Below are positions 53,615 to 63,066 of a DNA stretch of 64,000 bases, in pieces. The notes beneath the pieces were generated by a model. The model was given only the letters and a program-made list of their open reading frames with translations, did not search any database and was not told where the DNA came from. The stretch's first letter is position 1. Every line of letters begins with the position of its first letter. This DNA is from Ignavibacteria bacterium (lineage in GTDB: Bacteria; Bacteroidota; Ignavibacteria; Ch128b). Made by a program: the position numbers and the translations under genes. The DNA lies in the NCBI GenBank assembly GCA_026415235.1, contig JAOAHM010000062.1, positions 32,788-96,787 on the forward strand, read 5' to 3'.

Positions 53615-55042
53615 ATGGAACTACAAACTTTATACAACATTCTGCCATTGATTCTTGTATCAACTGCTGTGATTATTACAATTCTTCTTGAAGCATTTTT
53701 GAAGAAAAGTGAAAATGTTATTTATTGGTTCTCCATAATTGTGTTGGTCATTACATCAGTTTTTTCCCTTCTAACTATTGAAAATCAAACTCTAAATTTT
53801 TCAAACACTTTGCATAGTGGTGGAATAACAAATCTGGTCTACTTTGTTCTAAGTATTACTGCTTTATTGGTTACTGTTTCATCAAAAAATTATTTTGAAA
53901 GATTGAACTACCATCATGGTGAGTTTTATATTCTGGTTCTTAATTCATTGCTTGGTATGATGTTGATGGCTGGTTCAAGAGATTTGATGTTAACTTTCAT
54001 TTCACTTGAATTGATGTCTTTAAGCTTTTATGTACTCGCTGGATTCAACAGAAAAGTTTTAATTAACAATGAAGCATCAATTAAATATTTTCTTTTAGGA
54101 GCTTTTGCAACAGGATTTCTTTTGTATGGAATTGCTTTAATCTATGGTTCAGCTCAAACAACAAATATTACTTTCATTATAGAAAAGTTTAGTGATTTAC
54201 TTTATAAACCTTTGTTTAGTCTTGGTTTGATATTATTGTTGATTGGATTTTCATTTAAAGTTGCATCAGTTCCGTTTCATATGTGGGTGCCTGATGTTTA
54301 TGAAGGAAGTCCAACTGTTGTAAGTGCTTTGATGTCAACTGCTGGTAAAACTGCTGCATTCATTGCAATGATAATCACATTGTACGGTTCTACATCTGTT
54401 CAAGTTAATTATGAAACGGTAATGAAAATTATCTCATTCCTTTCAATTGCTTCAATGCTTATTGGTTCTCTTATAGCTTTAGCTCAAACAAGTATTAAAA
54501 GAATGTTAGCATATTCAAGTATTGCTCATGCTGGTTATATGTTAATAGGAATTGCATCGGCAAATAAATTTGGAATGAGCGGAGTAATTTTTTATTTGAT
54601 CGTTTATTCTTTTATGAATGTTGCAGCTTTTGTTTTGGTTTCTTTACTTGAAAATGACTCTGAGAAATTAGTTACATTAGATGATTATTCTGGTTTAGCT
54701 GAGACACACCCTTGGTATGCTGCGGTTATGTCATTGATAATGTTTGCATTATCAGGTATACCACCGTTCGGTGGTTTCTTCGGTAAGTATTATGTGTTTT
54801 TAGCAGCTATAAAAGCAGATTTAACCTACCTTGCTGTGATAGGTGTAATATCAAGTGTAATTTCCGCTTATTTTTATTTACGAATTGTAATCTACATGTA
54901 TTTTAGAAAATCAACTGAAAGGCAGATTGTTTTCTCAAAACCTTCTGAAAATTTTGTTTTAACTATTTGTGTTTTATTTGTAATTCAACTTGGACTTACA
55001 CCAAATTTAATACTTGATCAAATCACAAAGTTTTTGCCGTAA
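53615..55042 (+). CDS. nuoN: NADH-quinone oxidoreductase subunit N
   Basis: HMWVPDVYEGSPTVVSALMSTAGKTAAF. The start is ATG 53615 or TTG 53609. Confidence 0.9.
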   Translation: MELQTLYNILPLILVSTAVIITILLEAFLKKSENVIYWFSIIVLVITSVFSLLTIENQTLNFSNTLHSGGITNLVYFVLSITALLVTVSSKNYFERLNYHHGEFYILVLNSLLGMMLMAGSRDLMLTFISLELMSLSFYVLAGFNRKVLINNEASIKYFLLGAFATGFLLYGIALIYGSAQTTNITFIIEKFSDLLYKPLFSLGLILLLIGFSFKVASVPFHMWVPDVYEGSPTVVSALMSTAGKTAAFIAMIITLYGSTSVQVNYETVMKIISFLSIASMLIGSLIALAQTSIKRMLAYSSIAHAGYMLIGIASANKFGMSGVIFYLIVYSFMNVAAFVLVSLLENDSEKLVTLDDYSGLAETHPWYAAVMSLIMFALSGIPPFGGFFGKYYVFLAAIKADLTYLAVIGVISSVISAYFYLRIVIYMYFRKSTERQIVFSKPSENFVLTICVLFVIQLGLTPNLILDQITKFLP

Positions 55043-56628
55043 TGATAAAGGTCACAAAGGCTGGGGAAATTAAAGAGCTCGACCAAAAGGCAACTGAGAT
55101 TTTTAATATTCCTTCTCTCGTTTTGATGGAAAATGCTGCTATCGGAGTTGTGGATTTCATTTCTAAATTATCCAATGAAAAATCAGTTGAAAATGTTTTG
55201 ATAATGTGTGGAGTGGGTAATAATGGTGGTGATGGATTTGCCGTTGCTCGTCATCTCACAAATAGGGGATATAATGTTTGCGTGGTTTTAATTGGTGATA
55301 CAAACAAACTCCGTAATGACGCTAAAATCAACTTCGATATAATTCAAAAAATTTCTAAAACTGAAACAAACTTAAAACTATTTATTAATCCTTCATCGTT
55401 TAATAAAATTAAAAATTTATTTGACGCTCCATTTGACTTACTTGTTGATGCATTATTTGGAACTGGATTGAATTCCGAAATTCGTGAGCCTTATCGTTCA
55501 GCCATCAATTGGATGAATGAATACAAAGCAATTAAAATTAGTGTTGATGTTCCCTCTGGACTTTCAAGTGATACAGGTAATGTATTAGGAACTTCTTTTA
55601 TTGCAGATTTCACTCTCACAATGGGATTGCCAAAAGTCGGTCTTTTCATAAATGATGGACCAAAAGTAAGTGGGCAGATTGAAATAATTGATATTAGTTA
55701 TCCTAATTCTTTGAGTAATTCAAATGAAATAAAAGTCAACTTAGTTGAAGACATTGATGTAGCTGAGAGATTACCACAAAGACCTTACAATGCTCATAAA
55801 TATTCTGTTGGAAAAATTTTTGCGATTGCTGGTTCTACGGGATTGACAGGTGCAGCTAAAATGTCGTGTGAAGCTGCTTTGAGAACTGGTTGCGGAGGTG
55901 TTTTGCTTTTAACCACTCAAAAACTCTTGAATGTATATGCTAAAAGTTTAAAGGAAATAATGACCTTTCCACTTCCAGAGAATAATGGCGATTATTTCGT
56001 AGAAAATGATTTTAATAAAATTATTGAAAAGATTATTTGGGCAGATGTATTAATGATTGGTCCAGGTTTAGGTCAGAATGATGAAACATTAAAATTCTTA
56101 AAAAAACTACTTTCTAATTTTCCAGATAAGAAAAAAGTTATTGATGCTGACGGATTAAATTTATTAGCAAAAATCTTAAATGAAAAAAAACTATCATTAA
56201 AAAATTCTATATTAACTCCGCACCTAGGAGAGTTTTCAAGATTAATCAATAAATCGGTTGAAGAAATTAAAGAAAATCTTTTTGAATTTGGAAAAGGATT
56301 TAGTCAGAAATTTAAATGTATTTTGGTTTTGAAAGGTGCACCAACTTTTGTTTTTGATACGGAAGGAAATTCATTTATTAATCCTACAGGTAATAGTGGA
56401 ATGGCTACAGTTGGTATGGGAGATGTTTTAACAGGTATGATAAGTAGTTTATTTGCTCAGGGATTAAAACCACTTGATGCTGCTATTGCTGGAGTGTATT
56501 TGCATGGTTTAGCAGGTGACATTGCTGCACTTAAAAAAGGTAAACTAAGTTTAATTTCGAGTGATGTTCTTAATCACATCCCTGATGCAATTAAATTAAT
56601 TGAATATCAACAAATGGAACATGAATAA
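55042..56628 (+). CDS. nnr: Bifunctional NAD(P)H-hydrate repair enzyme (epimerase / ADP-dependent dehydratase)
   Basis: N-terminal YjeF_N motif GVGNNGGDGFAVARHL. C-terminal kinase-fold blocks GPGLG and GMATVGMGDVLTG. TAATG overlap with the nuoN stop. Confidence 0.85.
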   Translation: MIKVTKAGEIKELDQKATEIFNIPSLVLMENAAIGVVDFISKLSNEKSVENVLIMCGVGNNGGDGFAVARHLTNRGYNVCVVLIGDTNKLRNDAKINFDIIQKISKTETNLKLFINPSSFNKIKNLFDAPFDLLVDALFGTGLNSEIREPYRSAINWMNEYKAIKISVDVPSGLSSDTGNVLGTSFIADFTLTMGLPKVGLFINDGPKVSGQIEIIDISYPNSLSNSNEIKVNLVEDIDVAERLPQRPYNAHKYSVGKIFAIAGSTGLTGAAKMSCEAALRTGCGGVLLLTTQKLLNVYAKSLKEIMTFPLPENNGDYFVENDFNKIIEKIIWADVLMIGPGLGQNDETLKFLKKLLSNFPDKKKVIDADGLNLLAKILNEKKLSLKNSILTPHLGEFSRLINKSVEEIKENLFEFGKGFSQKFKCILVLKGAPTFVFDTEGNSFINPTGNSGMATVGMGDVLTGMISSLFAQGLKPLDAAIAGVYLHGLAGDIAALKKGKLSLISSDVLNHIPDAIKLIEYQQMEHE

Positions 56629-56708
56629 TAACTAAGAGTTAAAAAATTACAAATTTGATTAAGTAACTTTGAAAAATTATTTTTGAACCAAATTAAAAGG
56701 AAATAACA

Positions 56709-57368
56709 ATGCCAGTATATAAAACACCAAAAGCAGATTTAAGACGGAAATACACAAGATATGTTGAAATAAGTTTAATTCTTTCACTGGCTTTATTAAT
56801 AATTGCATTCAAGTTTTTCCCAAAGGTCGAAGCTGGTGAAAAACAAGTTCAAGCAGCACAAGAACTTGTTAATGTCGAAGATATCGTAAAAACTAAGCAA
56901 GAGAATCGTCCTCCACCTCCACCAAAACCTCCAATACCTATTGAATCTCCATCTGACAATGTTTTAGAAGATGTGGAGATTGGAAGCACAGAAATTGACT
57001 TAACACAACAAATCGAAGCACCACCTCCACCACCAAAAGAAGAAAAGAAAATAGTTGAGGAAGATATTCAATATTTTGAAGTAGTTGAGGAAATGCCTGA
57101 ACCTATTGGTGGTATTGAAGCAATTCAGAAAAAAATTGTATATCCTGAAATTGCAAAACGTGCTGGTGTTGAAGGTAAAGTTTATATATTAGCTTATGTT
57201 GATGAAAATGGAAATGTAACTAAAACAGAAGTCTTAAAAGGTATTGGTGCTGGTTGCGACGAAGCAGCTGAAAAAGCTGTTAGAGAAACAAAGTTTAAAC
57301 CTGGTAAACAAAGAGGAAAACCAGTAAGAGTTAAAGTTGCAGTTCCAATCATCTTCAAATTGAATTAA
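56709..57368 (+). CDS. tonB: Energy transducer TonB
   Basis: N-terminal TM anchor, Pro-rich spacers RPPPPPKPPIPIE and APPPPPKEEKK, and C-terminal domain YPEIAKRAGVEGKVYILAYVDENGNV...KFKPGKQRGKPV. Confidence 0.85.
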   Translation: MPVYKTPKADLRRKYTRYVEISLILSLALLIIAFKFFPKVEAGEKQVQAAQELVNVEDIVKTKQENRPPPPPKPPIPIESPSDNVLEDVEIGSTEIDLTQQIEAPPPPPKEEKKIVEEDIQYFEVVEEMPEPIGGIEAIQKKIVYPEIAKRAGVEGKVYILAYVDENGNVTKTEVLKGIGAGCDEAAEKAVRETKFKPGKQRGKPVRVKVAVPIIFKLN

Positions 57369-57393
57369 GTTTGTTTAGACGCTTTTTTAACAG

Positions 57394-57422
57394 AAGCCTC
57401 AGAGTTTTCTGAGGCTTTTTTG
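57394..57422 (+). terminator. Rho-independent terminator after tonB
   Basis: Stem AAGCCTCAGA / TCTGAGGCTT (10 bp, GTTT loop) followed by a T-run. Confidence 0.85.
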
Positions 57423-57540
57423 TTTTAATGAATTAATATGACATTCAAATTGGTAATCAGAAAAAATCATATCAATTTCAAACTACTTTCCTTTCTAAAA
57501 TCTTTTTAAGATGAAATCAATCATTTCTTTTATCAAGAAA

Positions 57541-57759
57541 AATATAACTCAAATTCTGGTTAACAAGACTTACCTCTAATTTTGTTTATGTGTTTATTAG
57601 AGTAGAAAAATTGCAACTCTTACTGATGAAAACAGAGAAGCGGGTAAATATGTTTATAAATTTTATGCTGCAAGACTTAGTTTACCATTGAGTGCGTATC
57701 TGTATGAATTAAAAAGCGGGAAGAGAATTCAGACTAAAAAAATGATATATTTAGAGTAG
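57541..57759 (+). pseudogene. Orphan, decayed T9SS C-terminal sorting domain (CTD) fragment
   Basis: My own translation in one frame gives NITQILVNKTYL*FCLCVY*SRKIATLTDENREAGKYVYKFYAARLSLPLSAYLYELKSGKRIQTKKMIYLE*. The last ~50 residues align with the intact CTD of the next gene (RKISNLLNEEKEIGDYLYFFDASRFGLSSGIYFYEVRYKDYQSVKKMVYVK). There are two in-frame stops and no upstream coding body. Confidence 0.5.
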
Positions 57760-57869
57760 AAGAAAATAAGAATTAATTTTGATTGTTAATTAATTGAGAT
57801 AGGGTGATTTTAGGTTAGGTCTTTAGTTAGTTCTTTATAAAATTTTTTGAAATAAAATTGGGAGGTACA

Positions 57870-60707
57870 ATGATAAAATTTATTTTTATCTTGTTGTTTA
57901 TTTCTTTCCCGCTACATCTTTCAGCCCAATCATTCCCCACACAAAAAATAAATGTTAATAGTTTCGATACTGCATATTGCAAGGTGGTTCATCTAAGCGG
58001 AGAAAATCTTTTGCTTTTTTTAACTCAAAACAAATCGCTAATGTTATTGCGTTCAAGTGATAATGGAAAAAGTTGGAAGATGAGTTCCACGATTTTACCA
58101 TCAGTTGAAGCGAATCATTGGGATGTTATTAAAAAAGAAAATGAATTGTATCTGGTGTATAAAAGCATAAATTTGGTCAATATACTTCGTTCGACTGATT
58201 TTGGAACGAGTTGGTCAGAATACTCTTCTTTTAATTTGAGTTCAAGTATTCAATTTCTTAGAGTTACAAAGTTCATTAATAATACCTATGGAATTTATTA
58301 TTTCTCTTCGAATAAGATGTTTATGAGTTACTCACTTTCTGGACTTTCAGGTTGGTCAGCACCAGTTCAAGTTTTTTCAACAACTTCATTAAATGTATTT
58401 GGCAGTGTAGGTCAGATGAATAATGGAAGATACTTTGCTGTTTATACTAGAGGAACTTCTCAAAAAGATATTTACATAACTTACAGTGATAATGGAACAT
58501 CTTGGTCAACGCCAACTCCGTTACTAAACTCATTAGAAATTGAAGATAAACCAATCATTGTTGACGATGCTTCTGACAAAAAAAGAATCTATTTCATCAA
58601 ATCATTTCCGACAACAATCACAAATTTTAAACAGTTCGACATTTGTTACATTCAAACTACCGACAATGGAGCTACATGGTCTTCGCCAATCAAAGTAACA
58701 ACTCATGTCTCAAACGATATTTTACTTTCTTACTTTAAAATTCAAAATGATGATTATGTTTTATTTACTACTGACCGATATAAAGGTTATGGAGAAATTG
58801 ACTTAGCTTACAAAAAAGTAACCGATGGAATTGAAAGTGAAACAGTCCCATATTTTTATAATGTCTTATGGGAATATGTTGGAAATTCTTCGGCAATAAA
58901 ATTCAAAGCTTATTTTCTTGAAACATCATCTCCCTTAAGAGTGTTTATAAAAACTTACAATGGTGAACTTGAACTTTTTGATAATGGAGTTAGTCCAGAT
59001 ATTACTGCCAATGATAATATTTATACAAATCAAATCAGCTTATCTTCCTTGGCTTTTGAGAATCATATTGGAGTAAATTCTATTTTTACTCATATAAGTA
59101 ATTTTGGAATTCCAGTTCAATCAAAAAATGATTTGACCGTTGAAATTAAAGCGATTGTAAATAATCAAAATCAATTTACATTCAAGCGAAACATATATTT
59201 TTCATTAGATGGAATGTTTGAAGATGTTAACTTCTTGTTTAGTGGTGGATTTATGTTAAGTGGTTATCATAACAATTTTATTTGGGCAAATGGAAATTTT
59301 GGTGGTATAAGATTGCAAGATTATCAATTTGGAAAATTTGGTTCTTCACCATCTGATCCGAAGAACAAAGTTTATAAAATCAGAAAAACAGATCCATTAT
59401 TTGGAAGTTCTTGGCAAGAATGGAAAAATGCAGTTGAACTTGGTGCTTATTTTTATGACGGAGATAACGATGGAAAGTACAATCCAATTGATAAGAATGA
59501 AAATGGTAAATGGGATTTTAACGAAGATATGCCTGACTTGATTGGTGATGTAACAATTTTCACAACAATTAATGATGGTGTTCCTGCGTCCGAAAGATTT
59601 TATTCTGATGTCAATCCTTTGGGTATTGAAATCAGGTCGACAATTTTTGCGTCGAACCAGAATAATTATTTGAAAAATACAGTCTTCGCTCGATATTCAA
59701 TTCTAAACACTGGTGCTGTTGCAAGTGTATTAGATAGTGTGATTTTTTCGTTTATTACAGATCACGATTTAGGTTATTATGGTGATGACCTTGGTGGATG
59801 TGATACAACCTTAAGTGCAGCTTTTACTTATCATATTCACCCTGATCAAAATTTTGGAGAAAACATTCCTGCAGCTTTTCAAATTATAATTCAAAAACCT
59901 TGGTATTATACTGGAAATCCAAATGATACTGCTTATAATTATTTAGGAAAACATATTGGATTAAGAAAATTAGTTGGATATAAACATGCAAAATTAAATT
60001 CATATTTCAGAGCTTATGCTTGTATGTCAGATACAAATGGAACTCCGAGGAATCGAATTGCTGCGAGAAGATTTATGTTAGGTAGACTTGGTACTGGTGC
60101 TTATGCTAATCCATGTTCATATTTAGGAATTGTTCGTGGTCCTGTTAATTGTAATCAAATTAATCCTATGTTTCATTATTCAGGTGATCCTGTAACACAA
60201 ACTGGTTGGCTCGATACAACAAAAAGAGATATTCAATCTTATTTGAATGTAGGACCTTTCAAGTTAGAAGCAGGTAAACCAGTTGATATTATTGTTGCTC
60301 ATGTTGTTGCAAAACCAGAAAATCAAATTCATCCAATTACAAATGGAAGAAATTTAATTCAAAATATCTATAATGAATATTACTCAAACTTTCAAACTAT
60401 AACGAGTATAGATAGAAACTGGATTGCCAATCCACCAACTACTTTTATTGTTACTCAAAATTATCCAAATCCATTTAATAGTACGACAAAAATTCGTTAC
60501 TCAATTCCTGAAAAAGGTTCAGTCAAAATTGATTTGTATGACATACTTGGTAGAAAAATTTCAAATCTTCTTAATGAAGAAAAAGAAATCGGTGATTATT
60601 TGTATTTCTTTGATGCTTCGAGGTTTGGCTTATCAAGTGGAATTTATTTTTATGAAGTGAGATACAAAGATTATCAATCTGTTAAGAAAATGGTTTATGT
60701 GAAGTAA
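57870..60707 (+). CDS. Secreted BNR/Asp-box repeat protein with a module shared with the cassette giants and a canonical T9SS C-terminal sorting domain
   Basis: GGAGG RBS lies 5 nt before ATG 57870; the track uses TTG 57858. Signal peptide MIKFIFILLFISFPLHLSAQ. Asp-boxes SSDNGKSWK, STDFGTSWS, YSDNGTSWS and TTDNGATWS. DxDxDG loops FYDGDNDGKYNPIDKNENGKWD. CTD QNYPNPFNSTTKIRYSIP...GIYFYEV...KKMVYVK. Confidence 0.8.
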   Translation: MIKFIFILLFISFPLHLSAQSFPTQKINVNSFDTAYCKVVHLSGENLLLFLTQNKSLMLLRSSDNGKSWKMSSTILPSVEANHWDVIKKENELYLVYKSINLVNILRSTDFGTSWSEYSSFNLSSSIQFLRVTKFINNTYGIYYFSSNKMFMSYSLSGLSGWSAPVQVFSTTSLNVFGSVGQMNNGRYFAVYTRGTSQKDIYITYSDNGTSWSTPTPLLNSLEIEDKPIIVDDASDKKRIYFIKSFPTTITNFKQFDICYIQTTDNGATWSSPIKVTTHVSNDILLSYFKIQNDDYVLFTTDRYKGYGEIDLAYKKVTDGIESETVPYFYNVLWEYVGNSSAIKFKAYFLETSSPLRVFIKTYNGELELFDNGVSPDITANDNIYTNQISLSSLAFENHIGVNSIFTHISNFGIPVQSKNDLTVEIKAIVNNQNQFTFKRNIYFSLDGMFEDVNFLFSGGFMLSGYHNNFIWANGNFGGIRLQDYQFGKFGSSPSDPKNKVYKIRKTDPLFGSSWQEWKNAVELGAYFYDGDNDGKYNPIDKNENGKWDFNEDMPDLIGDVTIFTTINDGVPASERFYSDVNPLGIEIRSTIFASNQNNYLKNTVFARYSILNTGAVASVLDSVIFSFITDHDLGYYGDDLGGCDTTLSAAFTYHIHPDQNFGENIPAAFQIIIQKPWYYTGNPNDTAYNYLGKHIGLRKLVGYKHAKLNSYFRAYACMSDTNGTPRNRIAARRFMLGRLGTGAYANPCSYLGIVRGPVNCNQINPMFHYSGDPVTQTGWLDTTKRDIQSYLNVGPFKLEAGKPVDIIVAHVVAKPENQIHPITNGRNLIQNIYNEYYSNFQTITSIDRNWIANPPTTFIVTQNYPNPFNSTTKIRYSIPEKGSVKIDLYDILGRKISNLLNEEKEIGDYLYFFDASRFGLSSGIYFYEVRYKDYQSVKKMVYVK

Positions 60708-60749
60708 TTCTCTGAGAATTAATTAAAAATTTTTTTGATAGAAGTTTTT

Positions 60750-61091
60750 TCATCCTGGAGGCCAGGACATTACTCGACCACCAATCAAATGTAAGTGAAT
60801 GTGAAAAACAGCTTGTCCTGCATCACGACCAGTATTAAAAACTAATCTGTAACCACTATTGTTTAATCCGATTTTTACTGCATACTCTTTTGCTTGATAG
60901 ATTAATTCACCAAGCAAATTAATATCATCTAACTCTGCATTGTCGAGTCGTTCAATGTGTTTCTTTGGAACGAAGAGAATGTGAGTTGGAGCAACAGGAT
61001 TTATATCGCTAAATCCAACTACATTCTCATTTTCAAAAACTATGTTTGAGTTAATTTCTTTCTTGATGATTTTACAAAATATGCAATCCAT
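60750..61091 (-). CDS. HIT-family (histidine triad) nucleotide hydrolase/transferase
   Basis: HIHLHLIGG triad and N-terminal CIFCKII. The ATG immediately follows the stop of the upstream regulator gene, and its RBS AAGGAGGA lies inside that gene. Confidence 0.9.
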   Translation of the reverse strand: MDCIFCKIIKKEINSNIVFENENVVGFSDINPVAPTHILFVPKKHIERLDNAELDDINLLGELIYQAKEYAVKIGLNNSGYRLVFNTGRDAGQAVFHIHLHLIGGRVMSWPPG

Positions 61092-62450
61092 TTATAACTC
61101 CTCCTTTTCAATTCCGTATTTTTTCATTTTGTTGTAAAGGTGACTTCTTTGAATTCCAATAGCTTCTGCTGTTTTTGAGATGTTCCAGTTATACTGTTTC
61201 AACTTTTTTAGAATGAAAATTTTTTCCATTTGATCTTTGAAGTCCTGAAAAGAGTCTAAACTAAAATCAATTTCAGTTTCATTTTTGAGGTAGGGGAATA
61301 ATTGCTCTTTAACATCTTGAGTAGTGTAGATTGGTTTTGAATTCATGATTATTATTCTTTCAACGAAATTTCGAAGCTCTCGGACATTTCCTTTCCAATC
61401 TAAATTTTTCAAATATTCAATTGCATCTTCAGTAAATTTCTTAAGTGGGAATTTGTTTTCTTCACAAACTTTTTTTGTAAAATGTTCAACCAATAATGGG
61501 ATATCTTCTCTTCTCTCACGAAGTGGAGGAACATTAATAACAATTACACTCAGACGATGAAATAAATCTTCTCGAAACCTTCCTTCAGCAATTTCTTTTG
61601 GGAGATTTTTGTTTGTTGCTGCAATAATTCGCACATCAACAGGAATTTTGTTTTTCCCTCCAACTCTTTCAATTGCACCTTCTTCAATTGAACGAAGTAC
61701 TTTTGCTTGTGCATTTAGAGACATATCTCCAATTTCATCTAAGAAGAGAGTTCCACCATTGGCTTGTTCAAATTTTCCAATTCGTTGAGAAGTCGCTCCA
61801 GTGAAAGCACCTTTCTCATGTCCAAAAAGTTCCGACTCAATTAATTCATTTGGAATTGCTGCGCAATTGACTTCAATAAAAGGTTTATTTGCTCGACTGC
61901 TTAAACGATAAATCGCACGAGCAACTAATTCTTTGCCTGTTCCGTTTTCACCAGTAATCAAAACTCTTGAATTTGTAGGAGCAACTTTTTTAATCGTTTC
62001 AAGAATATTTTTTATTGCTTCACTTTCACCAATGATTTCGTATTTGCTTTCAACTTTTTCTTTGAGCTGTTTATTTTTCTGAAGCAAATCGGATTGTTGG
62101 ACTGCATTTCGAACTGTGATTAGAAGTTTATCTCTATCAATTGGTTTTTCGATGAAGTCGTAAGCGCCTTTTTTAGTAGCTTCAACTGCGTTGCCCAAAC
62201 TCGCATGTGCAGAAATCATTATCACTGAAACTGTATCATCTATCTCTTTGATTTTACTAATAGCTTCAAGTCCATCCATCTCAGGCATTTTGATATCAAG
62301 CAAAATTGTTTTGTATGAATTTTGCTTAATCTTAGAAATGCCGTCAATTGCGTTGTGGGCAACATCTACTGAGTAATTTTCATACTCGAGTATCATTTTG
62401 ATTGAATCGCAGATGTTTTGATCGTCGTCAATTATCAGAATTTTTTCCAT
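61092..62450 (-). CDS. Sigma-54-dependent response regulator (NtrC family)
   Basis: REC domain ILIIDDD...LLDIKMPEMDG. AAA+ motifs GENGTGKE and ESELFGHEKGAFTGA. C-terminal HTH NISKTAEAIGIQRSHLYNKMKKYGI. Confidence 0.9.
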   Translation of the reverse strand: MEKILIIDDDQNICDSIKMILEYENYSVDVAHNAIDGISKIKQNSYKTILLDIKMPEMDGLEAISKIKEIDDTVSVIMISAHASLGNAVEATKKGAYDFIEKPIDRDKLLITVRNAVQQSDLLQKNKQLKEKVESKYEIIGESEAIKNILETIKKVAPTNSRVLITGENGTGKELVARAIYRLSSRANKPFIEVNCAAIPNELIESELFGHEKGAFTGATSQRIGKFEQANGGTLFLDEIGDMSLNAQAKVLRSIEEGAIERVGGKNKIPVDVRIIAATNKNLPKEIAEGRFREDLFHRLSVIVINVPPLRERREDIPLLVEHFTKKVCEENKFPLKKFTEDAIEYLKNLDWKGNVRELRNFVERIIIMNSKPIYTTQDVKEQLFPYLKNETEIDFSLDSFQDFKDQMEKIFILKKLKQYNWNISKTAEAIGIQRSHLYNKMKKYGIEKEEL

Positions 62451-63066
62451 AACTCAGACTTTTTTCTTTTGCTAAAATAAAAGATGGAAAGATAATTTTA
62501 TAATGAAGCATTTCACCAAATTCCGCACCGAGTTGATTTATCTTTAAATCTCTTTCATCAATTCTTCCATCAATTTTGAAATCTTCTTCAAAAACTTCAA
62601 CAAATTTTCCTATTTCTTCAGAAAAATTTTTACCAAAAACATAGCTCAAATATGCTGTTAAGAAGAAATGAACTAGTTTATCTTTATCTCCAAATTCCGT
62701 TGAAGGTGAATCTTCGAAAAGTTTTGATGGAAGATTTTTAGTTTTTCTTTTTAACAAATCTTCATTGTATTTGGTAAAAAAGGAGAAGGGTAGTGTTAAA
62801 CTAATAAGAGGAATTTTTGCTTTGAAAACAGGATAGGTCATTGTCCCAATGCTGCAAAAAAGTAATGCATCAGCAATGTTTGAATCAGCAATAGAAAGAG
62901 CAAAGGAAAATATTTTGTCAACTTGATTAATATTATTTTCAATGTTTGCCGAAATAGAAAACTCTCTTGCGATTAAATCGTTCACTTTGCTTCCGTATTC
63001 AAATATATCTTTAACTTGTGATTGCAAAGAAGCGAAAGAAAGAAGTATAATTAAAAAAGCTTTCAA
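62428..63066 (-). CDS. Hypothetical secreted or membrane-associated protein
   Basis: The ORF has signal-like MKAFLIILLSFASLQSQ. Both ends overlap the neighbouring genes, by 4 nt upstream and 23 nt downstream. I recognise no motif. Confidence 0.4.
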   Translation of the reverse strand: MKAFLIILLSFASLQSQVKDIFEYGSKVNDLIAREFSISANIENNINQVDKIFSFALSIADSNIADALLFCSIGTMTYPVFKAKIPLISLTLPFSFFTKYNEDLLKRKTKNLPSKLFEDSPSTEFGDKDKLVHFFLTAYLSYVFGKNFSEEIGKFVEVFEEDFKIDGRIDERDLKINQLGAEFGEMLHYKIIFPSFILAKEKSLSYGKNSDN

